A stretch of 64,000 nucleotides of DNA from Octopus vulgaris (taxonomy: Eukaryota). Made by a program: the position numbers and the translations under genes. Shown here in pieces: positions 11,150 to 24,222 of this stretch; position 1 is the stretch's first letter; every line of letters begins with the position of its first letter. The stretch is from positions 124,248,001 through 124,312,000 of the forward strand of contig OX597817.1 of the NCBI GenBank assembly GCA_951406725.2. The letters are read 5' to 3'. The notes beneath the pieces were generated by a model, which did not search any database, was not told the origin of the DNA, and worked only from the letters and a program-made list of their open reading frames with translations.

Positions 11150-11268
11150 TCACGTGATCACGTGACCGACCAGACCATCAGATGTTGTTACACATCGCTG
11201 GTCACAATGCGTTCGCATTGTTTTAACCTTCGAATGACGCCACCCCGCTGGCTAAGCGAGCAGGCCAG
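11150..11268 (-). mobile_element. Short structured retroelement 3' end in (TA)n
   Basis: GC/CpG-rich 119 bp between TA runs; ends in (TCACGTGA)2; hairpin ACAATGCG-TT-CGCATTGT at 11204-11221. Confidence 0.55.
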
Positions 11269-12574
11269 TATATATATATATGGTCTGTTCAAGCTATAAT
11301 AGAATACACTTGCCTAAGATACCACACACAGTGACTGAACCTTGTATGAGAAGGACATCCAGATATATAGGACATCTGTCTTAATGAATTCCATCTAATC
11401 CATGAAGCATGGAAGAGTAGATATTACATTTGTAAACATATATACATACACACATATAAAATACTTATCTATTCCAATCAATCAATGAATCCATCTATCT
11501 GTCTATCTATCTTTATACATATGCATGTGTGTGTGTGTATACATCTATATATATATGAACACACACACACACACACACAGACGCACACACATATAAGCAT
11601 TCATGTCTATGTACATATACATTTTCATCACCTGCTTTATTATAACTTTCAGAAAATTTTATATAATATATATTTTCCATTACACATTTGGTCGAGTTAA
11701 TCACTAAATTGTCAGATGATAAGAATTGAGAACAACATGTTTCTTTTTAATCAAGTATTTTGATATAAAATGAAGTCTGATTTCAATGTAAAATAAGCTA
11801 TTGTTTGGAATATATTTATACGCTATCAATTTTGTTTTTCAAACTAATAGAATAACAACAACAACAGCAACAGAAGATTTTAAAATCTTGAAATTTTCAG
11901 ATTTATTTCTCAGAAATAGAAAATGAAGAAATTTGAATATATTCAAGAAATACCTATTTTTTACCCTTGAGCTTTGGAAATGTTTATATCATTAACAGTT
12001 GTGTGCATGGGGTATTCTTCATCATTACTTAAATACTTAAATATGTCATTATAATGATCAAAGTTAGCAGAACCAACATTGCAATAATTTTCTCCCTCAT
12101 TTTTGATGTTAGAACAGCTCTTCCGTTCATCTGTTTTATTTTTGGAATATATATTTTCTGTAACTCTTTTGTGATCATGTTTCTAATAACAATAGACAGA
12201 CGATGTGTTTTAACTAAATTAACATAACAGAAATAAGAATTTGGAGGGCTTTTGTAAAATAACTATCATTTCATTTTTATCTATTCCTAAATTAAGCTGT
12301 TTTATTTTATTTTTTTTAACACAATGTGGCAAAAGGTTATCATATGAAACTGAATTTCTTTCTATTGTAATCTCATGTTATTATTTGTGTAATAATGAGA
12401 ATTTGTTTGAGATTTTGATTCAAATATGAACACTTCACTATGTACAGTTTCAAGTGAGATGAGAGGTCAAGGGAGGGTATCAAGTGGGTTGGTGCTAAAA
12501 ACATTACTTTTTAGATGAGTTGTTCTAAGGCAGCGACAGCTAGTCTTAAAGAATATTTTGGTCTTTCCTTTCAA

Positions 12575-12960
12575 AATAGAATACAATAGAATAGAATTCT
12601 TTTATTGTCATTTACATACATTGAAACTTGACTTGATGGAACTGAAAAGTTGAATACAGATGATAAAATAGATTAGATATATATAAAATATATAGCAGTT
12701 TTACTGTAATAAATTTCATTGTAGGAGCACCAGTCTTTATATAGTGCATCTCATGCAAGTTAGTATGTTTGAGCCTATTGCTCTCCAAATCATACTCAGA
12801 TGAAGAACTGGACTTATTACAGCAAGTTAACAAACCACTTATCAAATTTACTAATTCCTTTGTTAGAGATATGAATTTTATTGACCTTGTGGTACTTATT
12901 TTAGCCCAGTTTATTGGTCTATTTTGTACAGAGCTTCTTGCAGTAGTAATGATGGCAAGT
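12575..12960 (-). mobile_element. Degenerate CR1/L2-type LINE 3' end
   Basis: Minus strand ends ACAATAAAAAGAATTCTATTCTATT, an (ATTCT)n-type tail; upstream frame heavily decayed. Confidence 0.35.
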
Positions 12961-15263
12961 AATTAATGACTGAACTTTTGTTTGTCTGTCTGTTCTCTTA
13001 AATTGGCTAATAGTGCTCTCATGTATAAAACATGGATAGAGTTTTAAGTAAAATAAATATTAATTTTAGAAGCTTGTATATGTAGTAGACTTTTAAACAA
13101 TGTTTGCTGAGAACTCTGTGTGGTAGAAATAATGAAAATCAAATCTATATGGCAGTATTTCATTTAAAAATGGTATTTAATGCTTTTATAAGTGTAAAAG
13201 TGTTCCTGCAAACTTTCAAAGGATGAACACAAAGGCAAAATCTCAAATATCTGAGCAACATGTATCTGAACCTTATCTAAACTGGGTCATCATTTTTAAC
13301 AATGTGCCGTTAAAATTGTTAACCAAAATATTAAACATTATCATTTATTGTAAAGCACATCTACAGTATGACAACTATGTCGTACGTTTAGGAAACAATT
13401 CAGCAAAAAAAACTTTTCTTGTGTGATATTAGTAAAAAGTTTGCTTATGACCACTAGATAAAAACTGAAAAAGATATGAATTTATAAACTAGATTAATAT
13501 AAAATGCTATGCAAAATAAAAAAGAAATTTACATCCTTATTAAAATGCATTCTATATATAGGGACATTTAAGGGAAAAAGTACTCAATAGATAATTATGA
13601 TGATGATGACGATGATGATATGTAACTACTTTTATTAGTTTTTCTGTTTGTTTATTTAAAATGCTCATAGCGCTACAGCAAATATAGTTACTAAATTGGC
13701 TAGTTTTCAGTATTGGTGAGGGAAAACTTAATTTTGAATACAATCAATTGAAAATTATGGAAAATGGCTGGCTTAAGCCTCAGTAATGTAATGTATAAAG
13801 ATGTTTTTCCAGGAGACATTGACACTTTTTTCAAGATATTTTCACACTCAGTAATTGTATAATTGTATTCATCATTCAACATTTCAATAAAGTATGTCTT
13901 CATTTTTTTTTTTTTATGATGTATAAGTTTTTAGATTAGTAATTGTTAGCCGACATTTGGTTCCCAGGAATTGAGATCTTTCACCTAAATATGAATTGCT
14001 AGCGAGCAAAATAATGTCAATGAAGAAAGTAAAGCAAGTTGCTCTACACATTGTTTTATTGATATTGGACTTGAGGCTTTTGATAGGTTACACTTTTGAA
14101 ATCTTTCCACACATCCATCCCTGCAATAAGTATGAATAGAACAATGGCATAAATTGGTATCATTCATGTAGTCTTTTATTCTATGTTTTATGGTTGAAGG
14201 GAATATGTATATGAAGGGAATATGAGAGCTATATTGCTTACAAGTCAAAATATTCTGAAGTATTACTTACAATGCAAAAAACTGAATGATTTTTATTCTT
14301 TCTCAGCTGGGGCCTACAAACCAACATTATTAGGTTAACAATCACTGCTTTAATTAAAACAGTTAAATGAAACTCTGGTTTAAGGAAATGTTAAGGTCAT
14401 TGCTTTGTAATTCTGGGAAACTTTAACTGGAAAATTCTATGGAAATTTTAAAGTTAAGTAAAAATTTTAAAATTTGATGTATTGATGTAAATTTCCATGC
14501 TAAATATCTAGGGATATTTAACTTTTTCCAGAAAATTTTTTTAAGTAAGTTACAGAGGTTTAAAGTTTGATCATTTTTACCCAATCAGAAAACAAGATTT
14601 GGAAGCTGTCATTTTGTGTGACTGCACGTGTTGTCAACTGTAAACAAATGAAATACTGGTAGGATTCTGCTTTATGCAAGACGTGTAACCCCCACATAAC
14701 TTTTTCTGTTTTGGAATTTTTAGAAAATTTTTGCGAATAAATTTGATTGACTAAAATTACCCAAAATTTGCAAACTTTAAAAGATATTAACTTTTTAATT
14801 AATTGGTTTATAGCATAAATGAATTTCATGTCAATGATTACCATAAAAAAACTACACCAAAGGACCCAATATGAAATCGGAACAAAAATTTCAAAAATTG
14901 AAAACTGGCAGCCAAACAAAAAAAGTCCAATCTGATCAATATAGATAGCTAAATACCAGCTTACACTTTAGAATGTAATCATTTACCCAGAAATATTTAT
15001 GATATTTAGTTTATTTCTTATGGAAACGTCTTGAAATAGATGTAAATTTGGTTTCAAATTATTTGTAGAAGCCTCAAAAGCCATCATCAAATACCCTGCA
15101 TAGTGAAGAACTTGTTGAATCTATGTCATGTAAAGGAGAGTTATGAATTGTTATGATTGTATCTAGTGTAGGACACTTGAATAATCAGAGTGGGATGTGA
15201 GGTAGTAGTCATTGTAACAAAAGTAGCTGGGAGTGATAAAATTAAACTGACATACATGATAAT

Positions 15264-15523
15264 TTATTTTATTTATGTGCCCTTTTTTAAAGCCTAGCCA
15301 GGCTCATCGGCCTGATTTCCCAGTTTCTATGGCTTATGTGTACCCCAGCTGGACAGGACACCAGTCCATCGCAGTGTTACTCATTTTTGCCAGTTGAATG
15401 GACTGGAGCGATGTGAAATGAAGTGTTTTGCTCAAGAACACAACGCATTGCCCAGTCCAGGAATTGAAACCACAATCTTACGATCATGGTGCTGACACCT
15501 TAACCACTAAGCCACACACCTCC
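15264..15523 (-). mobile_element. SINE family C, variant tail
   Basis: tRNA-like head, TTCTTGAGCAAAACACTT core, GCGATGGACTGG tail; perfect 14-bp TSD ACATACATGATAAT at 15250-15263 and 15524-15537. Confidence 0.85.
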
Positions 15524-17534
15524 ACATACATGATAATAACTTTCTGAAATAGTTCATGTTTGATTGAGAACAATCTTGATTCTTAACAAATGATTAAGTC
15601 TAAATTAAGCAATCCTACCACAATGTGTGTGTGTGTGTGAGAAAGAGAGATAGAGAGAGAAACTCTCACACACACACACACACACACATACACACACTGA
15701 AAGAGAAAGAAATAGACAGAGATTCACTGAAGTGCCTTTTACATGCTTGATTAAGGAGCATGGTGCACAGTACCAAATATGGTCAGGTGAATATTTGTGT
15801 AGAGTTTACAATATAGAATAAAACTATATTACTAACAACTTATTAAGAAATGTATCAGTGGAAAGAAAAGACAGTGATTTAGTATGAGTGAATGAATCTT
15901 TTCAGGCTCAGAAGTACTTAGCCACCCTTTTATACAGCTGCTGTTTGTCTGTGAGAGAATCATTGTAAAGATGAATAACAAGTTTATGCACTTGTGATGA
16001 CCTCACTGAGAAATATGATGTCTATAGCAGTTTAGGTTGCTTGGCTAGGGTCATAGATGAAATACATTTGTTGCCTTGGATAATTAGCAGAGAATTGGTT
16101 GAAGTCAAGTCAATTAGTCATTTGAAGAGAATAATGAATGTAAATAGTATGTATTGTGATGATTGTAGTAGAAGTTGTCAAATGAGCCATTCTCTCTTAT
16201 AACTGTAACAGAAAGTTTAATGAAGAATTCATGTTTGGAAGTAATAATTAGGTGAGCAGCAATACAGAAGTCAACAAGAGTGTCAGTGATATGATGGAAG
16301 GGATTAATTGTTGTAAGTTCCTGATAATAAAGAAATGTCAACCCACTTTGATCAGTTGAAATTTACTAAGATAGATAACCTGCTTTCGAAGATGTTAAGG
16401 TAAATAGTAACGATCATGATGATATAATGCAACAGTTGGAGATAAACTACATATTCCATTGTTCAGAATATGAACAACTTGTTTGAATAGAATAAATTTT
16501 ATTTGGTTTCTTGCAGGAAGATTTACTGACTTGAATTGTAAATTTCATGCATGGTTTAACGAAAGGTTATTTGAGAGACTTAAGAGAAATTTATACACTA
16601 ATATATGACAGCTTGAGTTAAGATTGGTTCCTACAACTAAACTAAACAGAATCCATAAATCTGTAACATAACCTCAACAAACCTGGGAAAAACAAATTAG
16701 CAGCAAAAGTGATTGCTCGTTAATTTTACAAGGATTTAGGCTGATTGAATTTAATTACCTTTTCTTAGCAATAAAACTCCTGGAATACTGTATAAAAAAA
16801 TGATAGATTTTCTTCCTTTGGGGAAGAATTAACTAATTGGCTTGACTTCAGCCAATTCTCTGCCAATTATCCAAGACAACAAATTATTTCTACATGCATT
16901 TAAGCAGCCTTTGGCAATATACTTTCATCAGTTTCATACTTGCAGCATTCTTATTGGAAAATTGGAGATTCTTTTTTTATGAACCAAAGTGCCATCAGAT
17001 CTATCTGCTATTTTGTTTTTCTTTCTACAAGTGTTTTTGTTAAAATTTTCCAAGTCGAGATTATAAAGGATGATTGGATGTATCACTAGGGTGCTAATTT
17101 TAGAAATTTTGGATACAATATGTGATAAAAAAGATGAGTTCTTATTTTAGAAAGAATACATTAAAATACATAAACATTGAGATCTTTTTCTAATTATCTC
17201 TTGCATCTATTCAAATTTGATGGAAATAGAGAATAAATAAAATGAATTGATAAAAATGAAGCTTATGAAAATCTTTTTATGGGGATCATTGAAACCAAAG
17301 GAAATGAGTTCATACTAGAGTAATATATTTTTTAAATATTTACTTTGCTAATTTTATCATATTACTCTTAAAATTTTTATTTCTATTTTGCACACTACAT
17401 TAATCTCATTATCTGATAGAAAAGTAAAATAAAAGGGAAAGTGAAGTCTGAAATCTACCAGTTAGTGTTAGACTGATCTCTCATCTCCTAATCTTTTAAT
17501 CAACTCATATAGAATATAGAATTTTGATTTATCT

Positions 17535-17912
17535 TTTCTGTTTTACTTGTTGAAGTCATTAGATTGGGGAACAACCTTGAAGAACTTTTAGTTAACCAAC
17601 TCGATGCCAGTACTTTTTCTTAGTGCTGCACTTATTTTATTGATCACTTTTGCCAAACCACTAAGTTATGGGAATATAAACATACCAGCACAGACTACCA
17701 AGCAGTGGTGGGAGTCAAACACAAAACACAGTCACAGAAATACACACATGCACGATGAGCTTCTTTTCAGCTTTTTTCAACCAGATCTAGTCATTAAGCT
17801 TTGATCAGCCCAAGGTTATAGTAGAAAACACTTGCTCAAAGTGCCAGACAGTGGGACTGAACTCAGAACCATGTGGTTTAGAAGTGAGCTTCTTACCACA
17901 CAGCCATGCCTG
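17535..17912 (-). mobile_element. SINE family A, older copy
   Basis: Colinear degenerate match to the adjacent copy. Confidence 0.75.
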
Positions 17913-17919
17913 AACCTAA

Positions 17920-18328
17920 TACTCTTTACTCTTTTACTTGTTTCAGTCATTTGACTGTGGCCATGCTGGAGCACCGCCTTTGGTCAAGCAAATCGATCCC
18001 AGGACTTATTCTTTGTAAGCCTAACACTTATTCTATCGGTCTCTTTTGCCGAATCGCAAAGTTACAGGGACGTAAACACACCAGCATTGGTTGTCAAGCA
18101 ACGTTGGGGGGACAAACACAGACACATAAACATATGCACACACATACATATATATACATATATGCAATGGGCTTCTTTCAGTTTCCGACTACCAAAGCCA
18201 TTCATAAGGCTTTGGTCGGCCCGAGGCTATAGTAAAAGACACTTGCCCAAGGTGCCACGCAGTGGGACTGAACCCGGAACCATGTGGTTCATAAGCAAGC
18301 TACTTACCACACAGCCACTCCTACGCCT
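17920..18328 (-). mobile_element. SINE family A, full length
   Basis: Head, internal microsatellite and GACTGAAACAAGTAAAAGAG tail all present; CpGs retained. Confidence 0.9.
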
Positions 18329-18567
18329 AATGTTTAAAAATTAAAAAAAAAACATTAATATTCAACATTTTCATGCAGTTAAGCGTAGATGACAGAATTG
18401 CATATAGATTTTTGACTGGTTTTGAAAATGATGTGCCATAATATTAGCACTAAAAACTATTTATCATTATCATCAATGTTACTGTAAAAGTTTCTACCAT
18501 CACTTATCACAATATTAAAAGCTACATTTAAAGTTAGCCTCATAAAATATATTTTGTTTTTATAATA

Positions 18568-18935
18568 GGTGCAGGAGTGTCTGTGTGGTAAGAACCTTGC
18601 TTCTCCACCTCATGGTACCAGGTTCTGTCCTACTGTGTGGCACCTTGGGCAAGTGACTTGTGAGTGGATTTGGTAGACGGAAACTGAAAGAAGCCTGTTG
18701 TGTGTGTGTGTGTGTGTGTGCGTGTGTATTTGTGCGTCTGTGTTTGTCCCCTCACCATCATGACTTAACACCGATGCTGGTGTGTTTATGTCCCTGTAAC
18801 TTAGTGGTTCGGCAAAAGAGACCAATAGAATAAGCACTAGGCTTACAAAGAATAAGTCCTGGAGTCAATTTGTTCAATAAATGGCAGTGCTCCAGCATGG
18901 CTGCAGTAAAATGACTGAAACAGGTAGAAGAGCAA
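18568..18935 (+). mobile_element. SINE family A with internal deletion
   Basis: GGTGCAGGAGTGTCTGTGTGGTAAG head through AAATGACTGAAACAGG tail. Confidence 0.85.
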
Positions 18936-19585
18936 AAAAATAAAAGAATAATAAAATAACATGTACAAATATCTAATATTACCACATTTTTTTAGTTCTG
19001 ATTTTGTTGCTGAAATGTTGTGAATTGGCTTCATAATGCATACCAAAATTGACTCCAGGCATTTTTTGAGAAATAACCATGTCTAAAATTCAGTTATAAA
19101 AGAATTAAGTTATCACTGGCTGAGGAATCATATGGTAAAGGCACTAATGAAGAAGTTATTGAATTGCATAGTATCTAATGCAAATCTGCTGAGTGAATCC
19201 TCTCTCGCCCTCTTTCTTTCTTATTTGCTTTTGCTTAGGTCATCCAGAGGAGTTGATTATGGTTTTTACCACTATTGGAGCAAAAAGGGATCTCACAGTG
19301 CTACCGACTTTTGAGTAAATAAGGGTCACTCTATGTGTCAACAAGGGAATCCATAGGGAATTTAGCTTCAAATCCCAACTCCTTTACTTTTACTGCCTTG
19401 AGTAAAAGTAAAGGAAGGACACATTAGATAGTGTAGTTCTGCATCCTCTGATAAGACAGGATGGCCATAATTGGACTGTATTTAATTTATATCTGTTTTG
19501 GAAGGTTGACCCAGGACAAATAACTACAACAACAGCAGCAGTAATAATCTACTATCAATTTGGTGTATTTGACTATTTACATGTT

Positions 19586-19828
19586 AAGGTTATCTCTACA
19601 GATATACTATAGAAATTATTGTTTGTTCCTTCTCAAGCCATCCCTGGCTCATAGAGCCTGTTTCTCGGTTTCCTTGGCATATAGGTTCCCCACCTGGTGA
19701 GCTGCAAGATGCAGGAGGAAAGAGTGAGACAAAGTTGTGGCAAAAGAGTCAGCAGAAGTTTGCCATTACTTTCTGACAGAGCCGTGTGTTGGCAATAATT
19801 TCTATAGAATATCTATAGAGATAACCTT
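19586..19828. mobile_element. MITE-like unit with 36-bp TIRs around a SINE fragment
   Basis: AAGGTTATCTCTACAGATATACTATAGAAATTATTG (19586-19621) versus 19793-19828, 34/36 inverted match. Confidence 0.6.
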
Positions 19829-20651
19829 TATTTCTAAATGCCAGTTTTTAAAAGAAAATAAATGCTGGGGTCAGTTCATTAGACTAAGACATTTCAAGGT
19901 TGTACCCCAGCATGTGTATAGCCCAAATGACTTAAACAAGCAACAGCAAAAAAGGAACCAGTCTAGTCAATCTCTATATAAAATAAATTCCACAAGTATT
20001 TTATTGTTTTTATATTTATTAGTGTTTATTTAAGAAATTGATTAGATGGATACCAAGACTGAGGAATAACTAGATAGTTGACAGGATATTCACTACAGAT
20101 TTTTCTGTTATGCACCTCAGACAGTTATTCTGTGTAATATGCAAGTGTACAAGAATTTATTCATAATCTTCAGAATTAAGTGTCTTTTGCAGAAACCAAT
20201 GATTGTGACTGAACTAGTAATCATTTGGCCAACAGGTTAATATCCCAAAGACTCAGACAACAGAGACTATTTCATTTTATTTATAATTAACATTTCATTT
20301 TTCTTTTATATGCTATAAAAAGATTCAAAGCTAAATCAATAACTGTATTTTGTTATAAACCAGGTGAGATATTCATTCTACGTACACTCGAGGGAAAAAT
20401 ATTTTTTTTAGAAAGACCTGAAATTGTTCAAATTAAATTATTAATGAATAAGTTCTTTGCAATGTTATATTTACTGACCCAATCATACATACATATTTGT
20501 ACACACACACACACACACATACACACACACATATATATATATATGCATAGGGAGAGAAAGAGAGAGAGAGAGATAGACAGACAGACAGACTGACAGAAAT
20601 AGATATGTATATATATATAGATATATAAATGTGTGTATATATGTATGTAGG

Positions 20652-20695
<44 letters not shown>

Positions 20696-20923
20696 TTTTT
20701 ATAAGAAAAAAGTTGACACTGACATCAAACTTTGGATTGCTCACCTTCATCAGATGAAGCAATCTGAAACTGTCAGTCATTTTTATTATAAAAGTTAAAT
20801 GTAGATTCCATTAGTAAGTATTGAGTAATCTTTCAGTTAAATGTTTAATACCAAATTCGAGATATAACTTGACATAAAACAAACATTAACAGATTTACAT
20901 ACATACATGCAAACATACATGCA

Positions 20924-20994
<71 letters not shown>

Positions 20995-20996
<2 letters not shown>

Positions 20997-21205
20997 TTTT
21001 CTTCTTTTACTGGTTTCACTCATTTGACTGCAGCCATGTTGGAGCACCACCTTTAGCCAAACAAATCGACCCCTAAGCCTTATTCTTTGTAAGCCTAGTA
21101 CTTATTCTATCAGGCTCTTTTGCCAAACCACTAAGACATAGGGACGTAAATGTACCAACATCGATTGTCAAGCGATGTTGTGGGGGACAAACACAGACAC
21201 ACAAA
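20995..21205 (-). mobile_element. SINE family A, 3' half
   Basis: Match to the family A tail. Confidence 0.75.
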
Positions 21206-21230
21206 CATATACACACACATACATACGTAT

Positions 21231-21271
<41 letters not shown>

Positions 21272-21279
21272 CACACAGT

Positions 21280-21581
21280 TACTCTTAAATGGGCCAGTTA
21301 TGCTGCACTGGCATAGGCCATGGTCATGGTCTCACTTGGCTTGCCAGGTCATCTGAGGCACAGCATGTCTCCAAAGGCCTCGGTCACTAATCATTGCCTC
21401 CATGTGACCCAGTGTTCAAAGGTCGTGTTTCACCACCTCATCCCAGGTTTTCCTGGGTCTACCTTTTCCATAAGTTCCCTCTGCTGCTAGGGTTTGACAC
21501 TTTTTCATATAGTTGTCCTCAACCATACACAACACTTGATCACACCACATCTGATGCTTCTTATGTCCAACTTTCCTCTCA
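21280..21581 (-). mobile_element. RTE-type LINE ORF-end fragment
   Basis: Minus strand reads LRGKLDIRSIRCGV then, after a frameshift, GRPRKTWDEVVKHDL. Confidence 0.7.
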
Positions 21582-21624
21582 GATAGATACAATAGGCTTC
21601 TTTCAGTTTCAATCTCAGGCCAAC

Positions 21625-21674
21625 AAAAGCCTTGTGAGTGGGTTTGGTAGATGGAAACTGAAAGAAGCCTATTG

Positions 21675-21737
<63 letters not shown>

Positions 21738-22086
21738 ATATCTATCTATCTATCTCTCTAGCTATCTATCTATCTATCTCTCTGTCTATCTATCTCTCTG
21801 TTTATCTATCTCTCTATCTATCTATCTATTTATGTATGTATGTATGTATGTATGTATGTATGTATGTATGTATGTATGTATGTATGTATGTATGTGTGTG
21901 TGTATTTGTATGTGTTGCTCACCCCACCATCACTTGACAACTGATGTTGGTGTGTTTATGTCACTGTAACTTAACAGAAGGCAAAAGAGACCAATAGAAT
22001 AAGTCCTGGGGTTGATTTGTTCAACAAAAGGTGGTGCTCCCACATGGCTGCAGCCATATGGCTGAAACCAGTTAAAGAATAAAAGA
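21625..22086 (+). mobile_element. SINE family A, headless, with expanded (TATC)/(TATG) middle
   Basis: AAAGCCTTGTGAGTGGGTTTGG body through tail. Confidence 0.8.
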
Positions 22087-22094
22087 ATATATAC

Positions 22095-22141
<47 letters not shown>

Positions 22142-22195
22142 TAGATAGATAGATTGATATATAGATAGATGGATAGATAGATTTCTGTATGGATA

Positions 22196-22410
22196 CTGGT
22201 TTCAAATTTTGGTGCAAGGCCAGCAATTTTTGGAGGAAAGGATGAACTGATTACAAAGATCCAGTGTACAACTGGTATTTGTTTTATCAACCCTGAAAGG
22301 ATGAAAGGCAAAGTCGACCTCGGCAGAATTTGAACTCAGAACATAAAGACAGATGAAATACCACCAAGCATTTCTCCCAGCGTGCTAACGTTTCTGCAAG
22401 ATCACCACCT
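22196..22410 (-). mobile_element. tRNA-derived SINE, family B (tail type 2)
   Basis: GAGTTCAAATTC B box; GTCGACTTTGCCTTTCATCCTTTC central domain; GCTGGCCTTGCACCAAAATTTGAAACC tail. Confidence 0.85.
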
Positions 22411-22427
22411 TATTTGTGCATACATAT

Positions 22428-22553
22428 TGAGAGCTTGTCAGTGCAGTACTGCATGTCAGTTTTGGTGGCACTATTAAGAGCATGGTCATCAGCAAAAAGG
22501 AAGATATCGATTGTGTCTGTAATCACCTTTGTTTTGCTTGAAGCCTTATGAGG
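22428..22553 (-). mobile_element. RTE (BovB-like) RT fragment
   Basis: Minus strand RLQAK / TKVITDTIDIFLFADDHALNSATKTDMQ, containing the catalytic FADD. Confidence 0.75.
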
Positions 22554-22557
22554 CTAA

Positions 22558-22787
22558 CCTTTAAGCATTTGAACTGGCCAGATCTAGCCAGATCCAGTTA
22601 AAATGTTCTACTTGTTTTATTGTTTAAACCAGCCAGATCTGAACTCTCACACCTATCCTACTATGTCCTCATAAAAATAAACAGTCACATCATCGAAATC
22701 TCAAATCTATGAGATAATGCTTAATTAATTCAAAACAATGTGATTAATAAGTATTACATTAAACAGAATAATCTGAATGCTAAATGG
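22558..22787. mobile_element. piggyBac-like MITE
   Basis: TIRs CCTTTAAGCATT / AATGCTAAATGG flanked by CTAA and TTAA. Confidence 0.6.
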
Positions 22788-22791
22788 TTAA

Positions 22792-23175
22792 AGAAATTAC
22801 AATGTGGTGAACTCCAAGGAGGCAAATGCTTCCAGGGAAACCAGAAAGAGCATTTCAAAGACACTTTAAAAGCTTCTCTAAAGGCCTTCAGTATCAGCCA
22901 TGTCACATAAAAGCAGATAGCTTAGGACAGAGGCAAGTGGAAATCAGTTATCTGCAATGATATGCAGATCTGCAAAGCCAACAAGCTGCTGCAGTTGTTC
23001 AAAACAGGCCAACCAGGTGAACCAGCTGCATCAAATCCCCTAATACCACTATTATTCCTAACCTATACTGCCAGAGAACATTCTAGACATGGATTGGTCT
23101 GATGAGTTACCAATGCACCCACAAACTCAATCCCAACCCCAACTGCAGGATGACTAGGTCTTTGCCATTCTGACG
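22792..23175 (+). mobile_element. RTE (BovB-like) LINE 3' fragment
   Basis: GELQGGKCFQGNQKEHFKDTLKASLKAF...DRGKWKSVI...YCQRTF*TWIGLMSYQCTH (decayed C-terminal zinc finger). Confidence 0.75.
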
Positions 23176-24158
23176 ATAAAAGTACATGTGACATTACTCC
23201 ACTATTTTTCTCTCTGGGTATTTTATTAGTGTTGAACAAGGAGAATAAATTATGTGTACAAAATAGCCACTTTATTATTTAAATATGACATAAATGGCAT
23301 TAATACTGCTTATTTTATTATCCACTGAATGATGAATGGAAAGTAAAGTTGCACTTTCTAAACATAAAAATGGGTCTCTCTCTCTCCTTTGAAATTAAGT
23401 GTTTAGCTGTTGGGAGGAGACCCAGCTGTAATAAGCCATGCTCTAAGAAATATATCATACGGAATATTGAAAAGTTTGGTAAGGATGAGTGCACACTGTT
23501 TAAGGATAATGGATATCATAAGATTTGAACACAGAACATAGTGAGTTATGACTAAAGACTATAAAGTACATAACCTAGAGTTTTATAGTATCAGCCATCT
23601 TTGAATTTGTTCAGAGCTTCTTTGGTAAGGACTTTACTTTTTTTTATTTCATTTCCCTCTTTTGACACCTAAAGAAAATTTCTCTTCATCTTGAGAACTA
23701 TGGAATTAGATGTAACCAGAAATAAATTCAGCAATATTGTTATTTTTATCAAACTCCTAAATTAAGAAAAGTTTGAAAGGGATTATGTTATGTTCAAATT
23801 CCATGAGCCATTCTTATATGACAAGTAAAGATAAGGATTAATATAGGACTGAAGTTGTTTAATCTCAGGGTTGCAGGTTTAGAGATTATTTCAGAGGCAT
23901 AAGAAATGAGTAGTTTCCTTCATGTTAAGCTCAATTTTGTTTTTGAGTTTTTTTTCTGACCGTTTTTTTTTTTTGTAAATAATATAGCAAAGCACAAAGC
24001 TTCATATTGCCTTCACATTTTTTGAAATACAGAACAAAAAAGAAATAATAATAATAATTTTTAAGCATAAAATTTGATATTACTTGATATTAAAAGTATT
24101 CAGACTTTTAGAATATATTATACAATAGCTTAAAGATGGAATTCAGTAAAAGTTTATA

Positions 24159-24159
24159 T

Positions 24160-24221
<62 letters not shown>
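24159..24221. repeat. (GATA)n microsatellite
   Basis: Seen directly. Confidence 0.95.

Positions 24222-24222
<1 letters not shown>

Noticed and set aside
15740-16760. Possible very old Penelope RT and CR1 esterase-like ORF1 remnants (NLNKPGKNKLA)
   Set aside because: Too degraded to assign by eye.
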